64,000 nucleotides of DNA from an uncultured Chloroflexia bacterium (GTDB taxonomy: Bacteria > Chloroflexota > Limnocylindria > Limnocylindrales > CSP1-4), in the NCBI GenBank assembly GCA_963775225.1, contig CAVZHW010000006.1:88329-152328 (forward strand), written 5' to 3'. Positions 49,029 through 59,336 of this stretch are shown piece after piece. The position numbers were made by a program, and so were the translations under genes. Under the pieces are notes generated by a model, which was not told where the DNA came from, searched no databases, and saw only the letters and a program-made list of their open reading frames with translations. Position 1 is the stretch's first letter, and the number at the start of each line of letters is the position of its first letter.

Positions 49029-50209
49029 GTGCCCACCTGCTCGCCGAGCGGATCGGCGGCAACCTGCGCACGACCGTCGCGCATGCGGGCGATCGTCTGC
49101 GGGATGGTTTCCACCGCCTGTGCGATCTCCTCGTCGGTGGTCGGCCGCCCAAGAGTCAGTCGGAGCGATCCGCGGGCCTCCTCGTCGGGATACCCCAGCG
49201 CCGTCAGAACGTGCGAAGGATCGGTCGAGCCGGTCGTGCACGCCGAGCCGGTCGATGCGGCAATGCCGGCCAGATCGAGGGCGAGCACGATGTCCTCGCC
49301 CTCGGCGTCACGGACGATGACCGAGAGGTGGCCCGGCAGCCGCCTGCGCGGATGGCCGGTCAGCTCCACGTTGGGCAGCGCCAGCAACGCTTCCCGCAGT
49401 CGGTCGCGCTGGCGGGCCAGGCGCGGGACGACCTCGGCTCGCTCGGCACATGCCAGGTCATATGCGACGGCCATGCCCACCGCCCCGGCAACGTCCTCGG
49501 TCCCGGCACGGCGATAGCGCTCCTGCGTGCCACCGTGCTGTTGCGGCAACAGCATCGTCCCGTGGCGGACGTATAGCGCACCGGCGCCCTTGGGGCCCTC
49601 GAACTTGTGCGCGGCGAGCGACAGGAGGTCGATGTCAAGCTCCTTGACGTCGATGGCCATGTACGGCGCGGCCTGAACGGCATCCAGGTGGATCAGCACG
49701 CCCTTGTGCGCGCGAACGCGATGGATCGTCTCGGCCAGCGGCTGGACCGTGCCCACCTCGTTGTTGGCCATCATCAGCGAGACCATGGTGGTGCGGTCGT
49801 TGATCGCCGCGTCGAGCTGCTCGGGGTCGACCCGGCCATAGCGGTCGACGGGCAGCACGACCACCTCGAAGCCGAACTTCTCGAGGTAGCGCAGGGCGTA
49901 CAGCACGGCGTGGTGCTCCACGGCACTGGTGATGAGCCGGTTGCCGCGCGCCTTGCCCGCCCACGCGGCACCCTTGAGCGCCAGGTTGATCGACTCCGTG
50001 CCGCCACTGGTGAAGACGATCTCGCGCGGCTCGGCCTTGAGGTTGGCGGCTACGCAGCTGCGCGCGTCGTCGAGCGCGGCGCGCGCGCGGCGCCCGTACG
50101 TGTGCACCGAAGATGGGTTGCCGAAATCGTCGGAGAGCAAGGGCAGCATCTGCTCGAGCGCCTCACGGCGCAGCGGCGCAGTAGCCGCGTAGTCGAGGTA
50201 CGTGGGCAT
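49025..50209 (-). CDS. iscS: cysteine desulfurase (IscS/NifS class)
   Basis: YLDYAAT, GNPSS, FTSGGTE, NNEVG, AHKF.GPKG and STGSAC motifs. Confidence 0.93.
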   Translation of the reverse strand: MPTYLDYAATAPLRREALEQMLPLLSDDFGNPSSVHTYGRRARAALDDARSCVAANLKAEPREIVFTSGGTESINLALKGAAWAGKARGNRLITSAVEHHAVLYALRYLEKFGFEVVVLPVDRYGRVDPEQLDAAINDRTTMVSLMMANNEVGTVQPLAETIHRVRAHKGVLIHLDAVQAAPYMAIDVKELDIDLLSLAAHKFEGPKGAGALYVRHGTMLLPQQHGGTQERYRRAGTEDVAGAVGMAVAYDLACAERAEVVPRLARQRDRLREALLALPNVELTGHPRRRLPGHLSVIVRDAEGEDIVLALDLAGIAASTGSACTTGSTDPSHVLTALGYPDEEARGSLRLTLGRPTTDEEIAQAVETIPQTIARMRDGRAQVAADPLGEQVGT

Positions 50210-50240
50210 CCGGCCAATTCTACGCGGCGCGCGCGCCCAC

Positions 50241-52172
50241 TCAGGTGGCTCCTGCGTCCTCCGACGACGCGCGCCGCTCCTCGTATGCCCGGCCGGCCGC
50301 CCGCCGGCGATCGTGCACGCTGAGGCTGCGTTTGCGCAGGCGCAGGTCATGCGGGGTGACTTCGACCAGCTCGTCGGCGGCAATGAACTCGATCGCCCGC
50401 TCGAGGGTCAGCGGCGGCGGCGGCGTCAGGCGCAGCGCCTCGTCATGCGAGTGGGTGCGGATGTTGGTCAGCTTCTTCTCCTTGGTCGGATTGACATCCA
50501 TGTCGCTCGGCCGTGAGTTCTCGCCGACGACCATGCCCTCGTAGACCTGCACGCCGGCGCCGACGAACAGCGTCGACCGCTCCTGCAGGTTGAACAGGCC
50601 GTACGCGTTCGATTCGCCCGAGCGGTCGCTGACCAGCACGCCCGAAGTGCGGTGGGTGACCTCACCGGCCCACGGCCCATAACCGGCGCCGATCTGGTGC
50701 AGCAACGCCGTGCCGCGCGTCTCGGTCAGCAACTGGCCGCGGTAGCCGACCAGCCCGCGCGTGGGGATCAGGAACTCCATGCGCACTCGACCGTCGGCGT
50801 CGGTCGACATCAACTCCATCTTCGCCTTGCGCTCGGCGAGCGACTGGCTGACGGGGCCGATGAACTCGGGCGGAATGTCGACCGTAATGTGCTCGTACGG
50901 CTCGCGCGTCTCGCCGCCGACCTCATGCAGGAGCACCTCCGGCCGCGAGACCTGCAACTCGAAGCCTTCGCGGCGCATCTGCTCAATCAGCACGGCCAGC
51001 TGCAGCTCGCCACGGCCGCGCACCTCGAACGTGTCGGGTGATGACGTCGGCAGCACCTCGATCGACACGTTGCCCAGCACCTCCCGTTCGAGCCGATCCT
51101 TGATCTGGCGGCTGGTCACGAACTTGCCGTCCCGGCCGGCCAGCGGCGAGGTGTTCACGCCGAAGGTCATGGATAGCGTCGGCTCGTCCAGGTCTAGACG
51201 GGCCAGCGGGCGCGGGTCGCGTGGATCGGTGATCGTGTCGCCGATGGTCACGTCGGGAATTCCGGCCACCGCAACGATCTCGCCCGGGCCGGCCTCGTCG
51301 ATCTCGACGCGCTCGATGCCCTTCGCGGTGGTCAGGCTGGTGACCGTGCCCGTGAGCATGCTCGTCCGGCCCGGATCGACGGTACCGTCGGTCGCTGCGG
51401 ATTCGTCGCGCACCACGGCAATCCGCTGGCCGGTGCGGATGCTGCCGTTCCAGATGCGCCCGACCGCCATGCGCCCCACGTAGTCGTTGGCCGATAGGTT
51501 GGTGACCAGCAATTGGAGCGGATGGTCGGGCGTGTACATCGGCGGCGGAGTGGTCTCGACCAGCGCATCGAGCAGCGGGCGCAGGTCGGTGCCTGCGCTG
51601 GCCGGGTCGGCCGACGCCGTGCCCGCCTTGGCATTGGTGTAGAGGACCGGGAAGTCGAGCTGCTCGGCGCTCGCGCCAAGGTCGATGAACAGCTCGTAGA
51701 TCGCGTCGAGGACCTCAGCCGGGCGTGCATCCGAGCGATCGATCTTGTTGATCGCCACGACCACCGGCAGGCTGCGTGCGAGCGCCTTTGACAGGACGTA
51801 GCGCGTCTGCGGTAGGGGCCCTTCCGCGGCGTCGACCAGCAACAGGATGGCGTCGACCATCAGCAGCGTCCGCTCGACCTCGCCGCCGAAGTCGGCGTGG
51901 CCCGGCGTGTCCACGATGTTGAGCCGGCGCGGGCCGTACCCGATGGTCGTCTGCTTAGCCAGGATGGTGATGCCCTTCTCGCGCTCGAGATCGCCCGAGT
52001 CGAGGACCCGATCGACCAGCGCCTCGTTGGCGCGGAAGACACCCGTCTGGCGCAGCATCGCATCGACCAGCGTGGTCTTGCCGTGATCGACATGAGCGAC
52101 GATGGCCAGGTTGCGCAGGTCGTCGCGCGTCTTCGGCGCGCGGGCAGGCAAAATCACGGGAGCGGTGTTCAT
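50241..52172 (-). CDS. typA: translational GTPase TypA/BipA
   Basis: [40 protein letters not shown] and ELVEVTP motifs. Confidence 0.96.
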   Translation of the reverse strand: MNTAPVILPARAPKTRDDLRNLAIVAHVDHGKTTLVDAMLRQTGVFRANEALVDRVLDSGDLEREKGITILAKQTTIGYGPRRLNIVDTPGHADFGGEVERTLLMVDAILLLVDAAEGPLPQTRYVLSKALARSLPVVVAINKIDRSDARPAEVLDAIYELFIDLGASAEQLDFPVLYTNAKAGTASADPASAGTDLRPLLDALVETTPPPMYTPDHPLQLLVTNLSANDYVGRMAVGRIWNGSIRTGQRIAVVRDESAATDGTVDPGRTSMLTGTVTSLTTAKGIERVEIDEAGPGEIVAVAGIPDVTIGDTITDPRDPRPLARLDLDEPTLSMTFGVNTSPLAGRDGKFVTSRQIKDRLEREVLGNVSIEVLPTSSPDTFEVRGRGELQLAVLIEQMRREGFELQVSRPEVLLHEVGGETREPYEHITVDIPPEFIGPVSQSLAERKAKMELMSTDADGRVRMEFLIPTRGLVGYRGQLLTETRGTALLHQIGAGYGPWAGEVTHRTSGVLVSDRSGESNAYGLFNLQERSTLFVGAGVQVYEGMVVGENSRPSDMDVNPTKEKKLTNIRTHSHDEALRLTPPPPLTLERAIEFIAADELVEVTPHDLRLRKRSLSVHDRRRAAGRAYEERRASSEDAGAT

Positions 52173-52264
52173 GGGGAGCATCGATTGTCGCACTACCTGG
52201 CCTTTCGGGCTGTCGCCGCGCCATGATCGTCCGTCGCCGACCGGCGGTTCGCTACGATCTGCCC

Positions 52265-52972
52265 GTGACCGTCGCGGCCGTCATCCTGTTCGCGCAGCCT
52301 GAAGGCGCACTGGCAGATGCCAGTGGCCGCATCGCCGCGCGGCGGATCGTTGAGTCGGCGTGGGCTGGCGGCGCGACGCCGATCGTGGTCGTCTCGTTCG
52401 ATCACGAGGGCGAGGTAGCCGCCTCACTTGCCGGATCGCCCGCCGTTCTGGCCGAGCCGGCGCCGGTCGAAGGCGGACCGGTCGCCCAGATCGTGCGCGG
52501 CATACAGGTGGCCCGGCAGCACGTCAGCGAGACGGACGCGTGCCTGATCTGGCCGGGACGGCTTACCTGGGTCGACGCGGAAACGGTGACGTCGCTCATC
52601 GAGGCACACGGCACGAAGCCCGAACGGATCCTGCGCCCGCGCTATGCCGAACAGCTTGGCTGGCCCGTGCTGCTGCCGATCGGCGTCGCCAGCACGCTCG
52701 CCGGCCTGCCGGCCACGATGATGGCGGACGAGCTGGTGGCAGCCCTTGCTGGTGGCGCAATCGAGGTCATGCCGATCGACACCGGTGACCCGGGCGTCAC
52801 CCACGACATCTCGTTCGCTCTCGACGACCTTCCCGATTACCAGGGGCCGCCCGAGCCGGTCGCCGGACCGGCGCCCGAGTGGGGTGCCGCGGCGGCCGAT
52901 ACGCCCGACGACGCCCCGCTGGAAGGCCCATCCCTGGCCCCCTACCCCCAGGCCGCCGACCAGGACGAGTAG
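52265..52972 (+). CDS. MobA/MocA-like NTP transferase domain protein (degenerate)
   Basis: VAAVIL, GGATPIVVV, G.PVL, DPGV..D pattern; lacks the canonical LAAG.S.R motif; TACGAT -10 box 6 nt before GTG. Confidence 0.6.
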   Translation: MTVAAVILFAQPEGALADASGRIAARRIVESAWAGGATPIVVVSFDHEGEVAASLAGSPAVLAEPAPVEGGPVAQIVRGIQVARQHVSETDACLIWPGRLTWVDAETVTSLIEAHGTKPERILRPRYAEQLGWPVLLPIGVASTLAGLPATMMADELVAALAGGAIEVMPIDTGDPGVTHDISFALDDLPDYQGPPEPVAGPAPEWGAAAADTPDDAPLEGPSLAPYPQAADQDE

Positions 52973-52988
52973 CCCACCGGGGCTCAAC

Positions 52989-53633
52989 TCAAACCGGCGG
53001 AGCTTCAGGCCACAAGGGAACCGGGACCGTAAAGCCCAAGTCGCCGCTCCAGCTGTTGCGCCCAGCGACCTCGTGCACCGGCGTGCGCGAGGGCACGCCC
53101 CAGCGGCCGGTTGGGTAGCCCATCGGCACCACGCCATGGAGGACCCAACCCTCATCCGTCGGCACGCCCAGGAGCTCGAGCACGTCGGCTGAGGCGAAGG
53201 TCTGGAGCACGCCGGTCAGCGTCGTACCGATCCTCTCTGCTCGCGCGGCGAGCATGGCGCTCCAGACCGCGGGGTAGATGCCGCTCCCCTCGCGGTTCTT
53301 GCCGAAGCCGAACAGCACCAGCGGGACCTCGGCAAAGTGAGTCGCCAGATGCTCGCCTGAACGTGCCGCCCGGCCGGCCTGGCCCGGCATCTGCAGCGCG
53401 AGCTCGCGGGTTGCCCCGAAGGCTTCGAACATCTGGGACCAGGCCCGAACGTAGAGCGGAGCCAGCTTCGCCCTCAAGTCCGGGTCATCGACCAGGATGA
53501 AATGCCACCCCTCGCCGATGTGAGGCGCGCGGATAGCCGCGTCCAGGATCCGCGCCTGCACGTCGAGCGGGATCGGGTCGGGTTTCAGGTGCCGCATGGC
53601 GCGGGTTGTGTAGAGCGCTTCGTGCAAATCCAT
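52989..53633 (-). CDS. nitroreductase family protein
   Basis: EALYTTRAMR...PDP, ILDAAIRAP, W.F..V, MLAARA..IG and PMGYP motifs; GGAGG RBS. Confidence 0.88.
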   Translation of the reverse strand: MDLHEALYTTRAMRHLKPDPIPLDVQARILDAAIRAPHIGEGWHFILVDDPDLRAKLAPLYVRAWSQMFEAFGATRELALQMPGQAGRAARSGEHLATHFAEVPLVLFGFGKNREGSGIYPAVWSAMLAARAERIGTTLTGVLQTFASADVLELLGVPTDEGWVLHGVVPMGYPTGRWGVPSRTPVHEVAGRNSWSGDLGFTVPVPLWPEAPPV

Positions 53634-53778
53634 GAAGAGCCTCCGCATCGGTCTGCGCATAGCCTGCAAGGTGATTGCGGCAACGGTGCGCGTACGGCGT
53701 GAGACCGTCAAGGCCGAGGCGCTCACCGGTCAATTGACGAACCGGCCCCTGACTGGCTGGTCAGTCCCTGCGCGAAGG

Positions 53779-55632
53779 TCAGCCCTTGTTTGGAGCCGGG
53801 GCGAGGGCGAGGCCGAGCTCCGCGAGCTGAGCTGGCTCAACGGGTGAGGGCGCGCCGAGCATCAGGTCGGAGCCGGTGCCTGTCTTGGGGAAAGCCTGAA
53901 CCTCGCGAATGTTCTCCTGGTTGGTCAGCAGCGCGATCCAGCGGTCGATGCCTATCGCAATGCCGCCGTGCGGTGGCGCACCGTACTCGAAGGCGTCGAG
54001 CACTGCCCCGAACTTGGCGCGCTGCGCCTCGACCGAGTGGCCTTGCAGCAGGAATGAGCGCTCGAGCAGGTCGTGGCGATGAATGCGGATCGAACCGCCG
54101 CCCAGTTCCCAGCCGTTGAGCGCCAGGTCGTGCTGCAGCGCACGGGCGCGACCGGCGGGATCGTCCGGCGACAGATGCGACAGATCGCCGCCGGCCGTCG
54201 TCAGCAGCGGCTCGTCGGCCGGGTCAACGCCGCTGAACGGGTTATGGGTCGCGTCCCAGCGGTGGCCCTCGTCATCCCACTGGTACATCGGGAAGCCGTA
54301 GATCCAGACGTAAGACAGCTCATTCCGATCGCTCACCAGGCCGAGCCGGCCGCCCAGCTCAACGCGCAGGTCGCCGAGCACCTCCTGGCAATGGATATCG
54401 CGATCGGCAACCATCAGCACCAAGTCGCCAGGCGACGCCCCGGCAGCCTCTACGATCTGCTCCGCCCGCGCCCCGCCCAGGAACTTGAGCACCGGTGAGT
54501 GGACGGTGCCCTCATCGTCCACCGACAGGTGGACCAGGCCTTTGGCGCCGGCCTTGCGCGCCAGAGCGGTCAACTCGTCGATCTGCGACCTGCTGGCACC
54601 GCCGAAGCCGGGTACGGCCATTCCGAAAACGCGTCCGCCGGCGGCAAGCACCGAGTCGAACACGGCGAAGCCACTCCCCTCCACCACCGCGCCCAGGTCG
54701 CGCAGCTCCATGGCGAAGCGCACGTCGGGCTTGTCCGAGCCGAACCGGTCGATCGCCTCACGGTACGAGAAGCGCGGGAAGGGGCTGGCACGCAACGGCC
54801 GATCGGGCACGACCGTGCGTGACACCTCGCTCACGACCATCTCGACGAAGGACATCACGTCCTCCTGGGTGACGAAGCTCATTTCGATGTCGAGCTGCGT
54901 GAACTCCGGCCCGCGGTCGGCACGCGCGTCCTCGTCGCGCATGCAGTGGGCGATCTGGTAATAGCGATCGAAACCGGCCACCATCAGCAGCTGCTTGAGC
55001 TGCTGCGGCGACTGCGGCAGGGCATAGATGTTGCCCGGCTGGAGACGCGAGGGAACGATGAAGTCGCGCGCCCCCTCCGGTGTCGACTTGATCAGGATGG
55101 GCGTCTCTATCTCGACGAAGCCGCTGCGGTGGTGGACCTCCGAGAGCGCCTTGAGCAGCTTCGAGCGCAGCACCAGGCGGTGATTGATCGCTTCGCGGCG
55201 CAGGTCGAGATAGCGGTAGCGCAGGCGCAGCGTCTCGTCGGTGTCCTCCGGTTCGTTGATCGGAAACGGCGGTGTCTTGGCGGCGGACAGGACCTCCACC
55301 GAAGAGGCGCGCAGCTCGATGTCGCCGGTCGCGAGCTTGGCGTTCTCGGTACCCGCCAGGCGCCCGGCGACCACGCCTTTGACGCGCAGCACGTACTCGT
55401 TGCGCACCTCGGCGGCGGCCGCGTGAGCGGCGGGTGATTCGGCGGCATCGATGACGATCTGGGTCAGCCCGTGGCGATCACGCAGGTCGATGAAGATCAG
55501 TTGACCAAGATCGCGCCGGCGGTTGACCCAGCCCGAAAGCGTCACCTCGCGACCCACGTCGGCGGCGCGCAACTCGCCGCACGTATTCGTGCGGTATGCG
55601 GTCGCCAGGGCCGACTTCCCCTCACTCGTCAT
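53779..55632 (-). CDS. aspS: aspartate--tRNA ligase
   Basis: YRTNTCGEL, FIDLRD, TPEGARDF, ALPQSPQ, RDED.RADR.PEFTQ, GGGSIRIH, PPHGG.A.G.DR. Confidence 0.97.
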   Translation of the reverse strand: MTSEGKSALATAYRTNTCGELRAADVGREVTLSGWVNRRRDLGQLIFIDLRDRHGLTQIVIDAAESPAAHAAAAEVRNEYVLRVKGVVAGRLAGTENAKLATGDIELRASSVEVLSAAKTPPFPINEPEDTDETLRLRYRYLDLRREAINHRLVLRSKLLKALSEVHHRSGFVEIETPILIKSTPEGARDFIVPSRLQPGNIYALPQSPQQLKQLLMVAGFDRYYQIAHCMRDEDARADRGPEFTQLDIEMSFVTQEDVMSFVEMVVSEVSRTVVPDRPLRASPFPRFSYREAIDRFGSDKPDVRFAMELRDLGAVVEGSGFAVFDSVLAAGGRVFGMAVPGFGGASRSQIDELTALARKAGAKGLVHLSVDDEGTVHSPVLKFLGGARAEQIVEAAGASPGDLVLMVADRDIHCQEVLGDLRVELGGRLGLVSDRNELSYVWIYGFPMYQWDDEGHRWDATHNPFSGVDPADEPLLTTAGGDLSHLSPDDPAGRARALQHDLALNGWELGGGSIRIHRHDLLERSFLLQGHSVEAQRAKFGAVLDAFEYGAPPHGGIAIGIDRWIALLTNQENIREVQAFPKTGTGSDLMLGAPSPVEPAQLAELGLALAPAPNKG

Positions 55633-55652
55633 TGCGCGATCGTAGTCGAAAG

Positions 55653-55674
55653 GTACGGAGAGCAATCTCCGTAC
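55653..55674. promoter_or_regulatory. perfect palindrome in a divergent promoter region
   Basis: GTACGGAGA-GCAA-TCTCCGTAC just upstream of the aspS -10 box. Confidence 0.45.
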
Positions 55675-55791
55675 ACGGCAATGGCGATCAGTACACCGAT
55701 AGGTGGTCCGACACTGTCATCTGCGGCCCGGGGAGCATCAACTGTGCATAGCCGCCGACGAACGGCGACAGACAACGAGGGATATTTGGCA

Positions 55792-56898
55792 ATGAGATCT
55801 TTGCATCTCGGGCGCGGCAAGGCGACCGGCGCACTGGCCGGCGCAGTCCTGGTGGCCACGCTCCTCATCGGGGCGCTGCCCGGCTCAGCAGTGGCAGCAA
55901 CATCGAACCTGGCCATCTACCTGCCCGCAGTGGGCGGCAACTGCATCTACGTAACTGCGCCGGCGGACAAGACTCTCACCCTGACCTGGAAAGACGCGAG
56001 CGGCACCGTCAAGGAGGTGGCCTCCATCCCGACCGGCGTGGGTGATCCGGCCTACTGCTCGTCGAAGAAGGTCATCGCCGTTGGTGACAAGCTCAGGGTC
56101 AGGTACGGCTCGCACAGCCACAAGCTGACGGTCCCCAACGTGACGGTAAAGGTGAACCGCGTCACGGACAGGATCAGTGGGACCGGCCCGGTCGGCAAGC
56201 GACTGCGCATCGAGTGCGGCGCACTCCCGTTCGGCCAGTTCGAGCCCTGCCAGTGGGCCAAGTCCGTCACCGTGAGCAGCGCAGGCACGTGGTCGGCCAA
56301 GGTGCCGATCGACCTGTATGGCGGCTGGACCATGTCCGTCAAGTGGCACAATGCCTACGGCGACGTGGTCTACTACGAGACCACCGTCCCGTACTTCGTG
56401 GTGTACCTGGGCAAGGCCCGCTTCACGGGAGTCACCACCCCGCTCGACAGCGCCACCGTCACCGTCGCGGATTTATCGCTGACCCCCAAGGGCAGCGGCA
56501 GCGGCGCCTCGGGCCCGCGCGAGGGCACCTTTGCCGGCAAGCTGCGTGATGCCGATGGGCACCTCGTCACGGTCACCCCGGGCGACTTCGTCAGCTCGAG
56601 CGTCAGTAGTGACGCGAGCTTCGTCGTCCCGCAGATTTCGGCCACGGCCACTGCTGCCGACGATCACGTCTGGGGCCAGTGCGAACTGACCAGCTCCTAC
56701 AAAGACGTCTACGTTGAGCTTTACCGCAACGGGCGCCTGCGCGGTGCCGCCGACGAGGGCATGAACGACGGTACGTTCGACTTCAACTTCCGACACGTCT
56801 TCCCGCGGTCGGTGAACGTCATGGCCGGCGACAAGCTCCTGATCGAGTGCATCGAGGGCGAGGGTGACCGAGTGGTGAAGGTGATCTTCGCCAACTGA
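55792..56898 (+). CDS. secreted beta-rich hypothetical protein
   Basis: Signal peptide (ALAGAVLVATLLIGALPGSAVA), repeated Ig-like modules (GDKL.V/I), paired Cys; GAGGG RBS. Confidence 0.7.
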   Translation: MRSLHLGRGKATGALAGAVLVATLLIGALPGSAVAATSNLAIYLPAVGGNCIYVTAPADKTLTLTWKDASGTVKEVASIPTGVGDPAYCSSKKVIAVGDKLRVRYGSHSHKLTVPNVTVKVNRVTDRISGTGPVGKRLRIECGALPFGQFEPCQWAKSVTVSSAGTWSAKVPIDLYGGWTMSVKWHNAYGDVVYYETTVPYFVVYLGKARFTGVTTPLDSATVTVADLSLTPKGSGSGASGPREGTFAGKLRDADGHLVTVTPGDFVSSSVSSDASFVVPQISATATAADDHVWGQCELTSSYKDVYVELYRNGRLRGAADEGMNDGTFDFNFRHVFPRSVNVMAGDKLLIECIEGEGDRVVKVIFAN

Positions 56899-56912
56899 CG
56901 GGCTGCACCTGA

Positions 56913-58199
56913 TCAGCCATGGTGGTGGCCGGCCGCGGCGCGCTGGAGTTCACGCGCCAGGTCGGCCACATTGGCCAGCCGCTGGGTGCCGGCCTCCAGG
57001 TCGCGTAGCTGGACTTGCCCGGCATCGAGCTCGTCGCCCACCACGACAGCAAAGTGGGCATGTGCGCGCGCCGCGCCTTCCAGCTGCCGGCCCAGCTTGC
57101 GCACGCCGAGGTCCGCCTGCGCCGGCACACCGGCCGCACGCAGGTCGCTCGCCAGGCGCAGACGCAGGACGGTGGCCGACGGATCAGCCCCGACCACGAC
57201 GACCAGCGGCTGCTCCGCCCGGGCGCCTTCCCGATCGCCGCCGGACACGGCCAGCGCGATGCGGTCGATACCCAGGGCGAAGCCGATACCCGGCGTCGGC
57301 CGCGCCCCGAACAACTCCAGCAGTCCGTCGTAGCGGCCACCGCCGCCGAGGGCCGACTGCTGTCCCTCGGCACCCTGCTGGTAGAACTCGAAGGTCGTCC
57401 GTGTGTAGTAGTCGAACCCGCGCACGAGGCGCGGCGTGAGCGCGTAACCCACCTCGAGCGCGTCGAGATGGGCAAGCACCGCGTCGAAGTGCGCCTGACA
57501 CGTGTCGCACAGGTAATCGGTGATCAACGGCGCCGCCTCGATGAGCGGCTTCATGCGCGCCTCCTTCGAGTCGAGCAGGCGCAGCGGGCTGGTTCGCAGG
57601 CGTCCCTGCTCGGTCGCGGGCAGCTCATCGGCGAAGCGCTCGAAGTAGGCCGCCAGCGCCGCGACGTAGGCCGGCCGGCACGTGCTGTCGCCGATCGAGT
57701 TGATGTTCAGCACCAGGTTCTCGACGCCCACCTCGTGGTAGTAGCGATACGCCAGCTCGACTATCTCGGCATCGATCGCCGGGCCGGCGTCGCCGATCGC
57801 CTCGACGTTCCACTGCCAGAACTCGCGGAAACGTCCGGCCTGCGGCCGGTCGTAGCGGAACATCGGGCCAAAGGTCGTCAAGCGCACCGGCTGCGGCAGG
57901 GTGTGCATGGCGTGCTGGACGTACGCTCGCGCGACGCCGGCAGTCGCCTCCGGCCGGAGAGCCCAGCGGTCCTCATCGCCGCGTGGCGAACGGACGCGGA
58001 AGAGCTCCTTCTCGACGATGTCGGTCGCCTGGCCGATGCTCCGTTCGAACACGCCGCTGTCCTCGAACAATGGCGTCTCGATGGGCGCGAAGGCGTACAG
58101 CGCGGAAAGCGTCCGGGCGACTTCCTCGAGCCGGCGCCAGGTGGCCATCTCGGCCGGCAGCAGGTCACGCGTCCCCCGGGGCGCCTGGTACTTGGGCAT
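56913..58199 (-). CDS. hisS: histidine--tRNA ligase
   Basis: PRGTRD, LRPEATA, FRYDRPQAGR.REF.Q, LVRG.DYY and GGGRYD motifs. Confidence 0.97.
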   Translation of the reverse strand: MPKYQAPRGTRDLLPAEMATWRRLEEVARTLSALYAFAPIETPLFEDSGVFERSIGQATDIVEKELFRVRSPRGDEDRWALRPEATAGVARAYVQHAMHTLPQPVRLTTFGPMFRYDRPQAGRFREFWQWNVEAIGDAGPAIDAEIVELAYRYYHEVGVENLVLNINSIGDSTCRPAYVAALAAYFERFADELPATEQGRLRTSPLRLLDSKEARMKPLIEAAPLITDYLCDTCQAHFDAVLAHLDALEVGYALTPRLVRGFDYYTRTTFEFYQQGAEGQQSALGGGGRYDGLLELFGARPTPGIGFALGIDRIALAVSGGDREGARAEQPLVVVVGADPSATVLRLRLASDLRAAGVPAQADLGVRKLGRQLEGAARAHAHFAVVVGDELDAGQVQLRDLEAGTQRLANVADLARELQRAAAGHHHG

Positions 58200-58309
58200 G
58201 GCGCGAGTCTACCGACCGCCGGGCGTTGGTCGCCTGACCGTGTCCGCCGCGGGCTTACCCGCCCACCACGTCGCCAACTTCCCGTTGGTGTTGTCATTGA
58301 CCGAGCAGA

Positions 58310-58621
58310 ATGGGTGACCGATCACAGCTCGGACAACATCTCATCGTGGTGCCGTGGCTGCGGCGACCGGGCCACCGACTGCTGGTGAGCAACTGGCTGG
58401 CGATCACGGTCGGCCATTGGATCCTCGCCTGGCGGCCGCTCGACGCGGCCGAGCTGGCCCATGAAATGGAGCACGTCCGCCAGTGGCAACGCTATGGCGT
58501 GCGCTTCATCCCGCGCTACCTGCGGGCGTCCTGGCAGGCCGCGCGCCGGGGCGGCGATCGCTACCGCGACAACGTCTTCGAGCGGGCCGCCCGGGCCGCC
58601 GCCAAGCAAGTTCGAGAGTAG
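58310..58621 (+). CDS. small HExxH zincin-like protein (DUF4157-like)
   Basis: AITVGH.I...LAHEMEHVRQW...Y..N.FE..A. Confidence 0.65.
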   Translation: MGDRSQLGQHLIVVPWLRRPGHRLLVSNWLAITVGHWILAWRPLDAAELAHEMEHVRQWQRYGVRFIPRYLRASWQAARRGGDRYRDNVFERAARAAAKQVRE

Positions 58622-58631
58622 CCTTCGCGCG

Positions 58632-59336
58632 ATGGCGACCAGCCCAGCGACCACCTTCACCGGCTTCAGCCACGACGCGCTCCAGTTCCTGGTCGATCTC
58701 GCGCTCAACAACGAGCGCAGCTGGTTCCAGCCCCGTAAGTCGCAGTACGAGCGGCTGCTCAAGGAGCCGCTCGAGGCGCTGTGCGTCGATCTGCGGCAGC
58801 AGTTCGAGGTGCGCAGCATCCCGCTGCGTGCCGATCCCCGCAAGTCGCCCTTCCGTATCTACCGCGATACCCGCTTCTCGCGGGACAAGACGCCGTACAA
58901 GACTCACGTCGCGGCCAGCTTTCCGTGGGTCGGCGGGGGCAGTGCCGTTGACGAAGGCGCCTCGGAGCGCCACGGCGGCGGCTACTTCAGCCTGTCACCG
59001 GAGGGCAGCTACATGGGCGGCGGCATGTGGCACCCGGGCAAGACGCTGCTTGATGCCTTTCGGCGGATCGTCGATCGCGAGCCGCAGCGCGCCCTTGCGG
59101 CCCTGGAAGACCCCGGCTTTCGGGCCCGCTTCGAGCCGGTCCACGGCGACTCGCTCAAGCGCATGCCGCTCGGCTATCTGGCCGACCACCCACACGCCGA
59201 CTTGCTGCGCCTTAAGGACGTCACCTTCGGGCACCGGCTGACCGCCGACGAGGTCCTGTCGCCCGACCTGCCGCGCCTGCTCGCCGACGATTTCGCTGCC
59301 GCCGTCCCGGTGATGGGGTTCCTCGCGTCCCTCTAG
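58632..59336 (+). CDS. DUF2461 family protein
   Basis: F.GF....FL..L..NN.R.WF, FRIYRDTRFS.DK.PYK, GGG.W.P and LKR.P motifs. Confidence 0.88.
   Translation: MATSPATTFTGFSHDALQFLVDLALNNERSWFQPRKSQYERLLKEPLEALCVDLRQQFEVRSIPLRADPRKSPFRIYRDTRFSRDKTPYKTHVAASFPWVGGGSAVDEGASERHGGGYFSLSPEGSYMGGGMWHPGKTLLDAFRRIVDREPQRALAALEDPGFRARFEPVHGDSLKRMPLGYLADHPHADLLRLKDVTFGHRLTADEVLSPDLPRLLADDFAAAVPVMGFLASL

Noticed and set aside
7460-58388. Long antisense or alternate-frame ORFs (e.g. 9037-10944+, 12461-14290+, 31468-33009+, 40865-42526+, 57015-58388+)
   Set aside because: Shadow ORFs of high-GC coding strands; Arg/Ala/Ser-rich with no motifs, and they overlap confident genes.
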